Shown: positions 63,086 through 64,000 of the stretch, piece by piece | Numbering within the stretch: position 1 is the first letter of the stretch | How the letters are laid out: each line of letters starts with the position of its first letter | IMG/VR virus record: IMGVR_UViG_3300042296_000700 | Location: 32,001-96,000 of that record | Origin: a virus | Direction: 5' to 3' (one strand) | Length of the DNA stretch: 64,000 nt | Made by a program: the position numbers and the translations under genes | The notes under the pieces: model-generated | What the model saw: the letters and a program-made list of their open reading frames with translations, nothing else | Databases searched by the model: none | What the model was told of the DNA's origin: nothing

Positions 63086-63098
63086 AGGTTTCAGTATA
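63086..63098 (-). promoter_or_regulatory. -10 TATACT of a leaderless transcript overlapping TACTGAAACCT motif copy 3
   Basis: Minus strand reads TATACT-GAAACCT-ATG (7-nt gap), no SD. Confidence 0.55.
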
Positions 63099-63466
63099 CC
63101 CAGTTGGACCACATCAAGCAATAGGAAGAAGAGACCAAATACGAGCAATACAATCCAAGTAGAAAAGAACTTGGAAGAACATCTTCATCAATAACCCATT
63201 TGAAGGGGGTCTGGGGGAAACTTTACGAATCCTCAAAACCTTTTCGGCCATGCAGTGGCTGACCCTCGTATCTGTCTGGGAATGAGAGTTCATTTGGTTT
63301 CGGCGCCGAATGAATTTGTTTACGCCACCGTCGCTCTTGGGGAGAGACGATAACTATGCAGAACTGAAGATAGCAGCATGAGCCCCGCTCCGCAAGCATC
63401 TAAGCAACAAAAATAGACAAGGTGTAATATTTGTTGCGGGACTGTCTATGTTATTCTTGACTAAGA

Positions 63467-63548
63467 CCGCATGCCCCCCGTGCGGCTCTAAGGCGTTGTA
63501 GACGGGACGGGTATGTGAGAGTTCCTCGTCCCGTCTCCGCTTTAGCGG
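63467..63548. other. Three tandem GC-rich hairpins in a long non-coding region
   Basis: CCGCA-N9-TGCGG; AGACGGGACG-N17-CGTCCCGTCT; CCGC-TTTA-GCGG. Confidence 0.55.
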
Positions 63549-63553
63549 GGCTG

Positions 63554-64000
63554 TTACTCTGCCAGTGGTAGAAGGAACAGGCGGGACTCCCACATGATTC
63601 CGATGGCTGCGTATCCGATGACATCCATAATGTTGTCTTCTATAGATTCGTTGTTGGGCTTTACGCCACCGTCAGGACTTGAGAGTAGGTTTTCTAGTCT
63701 TGCGACTTTGTCGTGCATTCTGACCATGAGTCCTTGCCGCCCGAAGCGGCGGATGTTCTCGTGTCCGTAGTCGCGCTGCTTCCTTATGAGGGTCGCATGA
63801 ACGTTGTCAATCGTTTGCGGGATGCCGCGCTTGATTGAGAGTTCTACTGCATCGCCGCCGATGACAGCCCACATTGCTGTGGCTTTCTGGAATCCTGCTG
63901 GCGCGTGGAATAGGTCGTCTATGAAACCATCCAAATCGCTGCGTACTTGTAGGAGGTCAGCGCGAGGCTTCTTCCTTACTTGAGTGAAGATTCCGTCTAG
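63554..64000 (-). CDS. DUF1599 / nucleotide-modification-associated domain 1 protein (start beyond the right edge)
   Basis: LIRKQRDYG..NI...G..G..VRM.DK.ARL.NL...NESIED...D..GYA.I; frame is open to 64000. Confidence 0.85.
   Translation of the reverse strand, partial: LDGIFTQVRKKPRADLLQVRSDLDGFIDDLFHAPAGFQKATAMWAVIGGDAVELSIKRGIPQTIDNVHATLIRKQRDYGHENIRRFGRQGLMVRMHDKVARLENLLSSPDGGVKPNNESIEDNIMDVIGYAAIGIMWESRLFLLPLAE

Noticed and set aside
63467-63553. tRNA gene
   Set aside because: Hairpins present but no cloverleaf, T-loop or acceptor stem could be built.
1-64000. Stop-codon recoding
   Set aside because: All three stops end genes and conserved genes are uninterrupted in code 11.

Overview
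The window is a gene-dense fragment of a large contractile-tailed (myovirus-like) dsDNA phage. The host is almost certainly actinobacterial, judging from a WhiB gene, an M15 endolysin and apparently leaderless promoters; gene content resembles uncultured aquatic actinophages (recall, not a search result). Layout: (i) minus-strand head operon at 1-9951 (portal-MuF fusion, thioredoxin, extended HK97-type prohead protease, a PepSY/Cys-rich protein, large accessory head proteins), with no major capsid gene in the window; (ii) a divergent plus-strand unit with TerL, a Rad52-like annealing protein, a PD-(D/E)XK exonuclease, an IbrA/IbrB-like PAPS-reductase/ParB pair and an Arg-rich protein; (iii) neck, sheath, tube, chaperone with a probable -1 frameshift, tape measure, baseplate and about 15 kb of fibre/decoration genes; (iv) a Gly-rich/His-rich fibre protein followed directly by tailoring-type enzymes (two 2OG-Fe(II) oxygenases, a flavin-dependent halogenase, methyltransferase-like and DUF6065-like proteins); (v) a large secreted membrane-anchored protein, holins and an endolysin; (vi) regulatory/replication genes in a region of extreme alternating AC/GT skew. 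The best candidate for an undescribed system is the His-rich fibre plus enzyme cluster (42661-51207), read as a phage-encoded virion-protein modification locus. The second is the head operon, with recurring Lys motifs, a shared RCPxG...FTD...C tag, PepSY domains and a coupled thioredoxin. No tRNA, rRNA, CRISPR array or IS element was recognised. All family calls come from motif recognition by eye.
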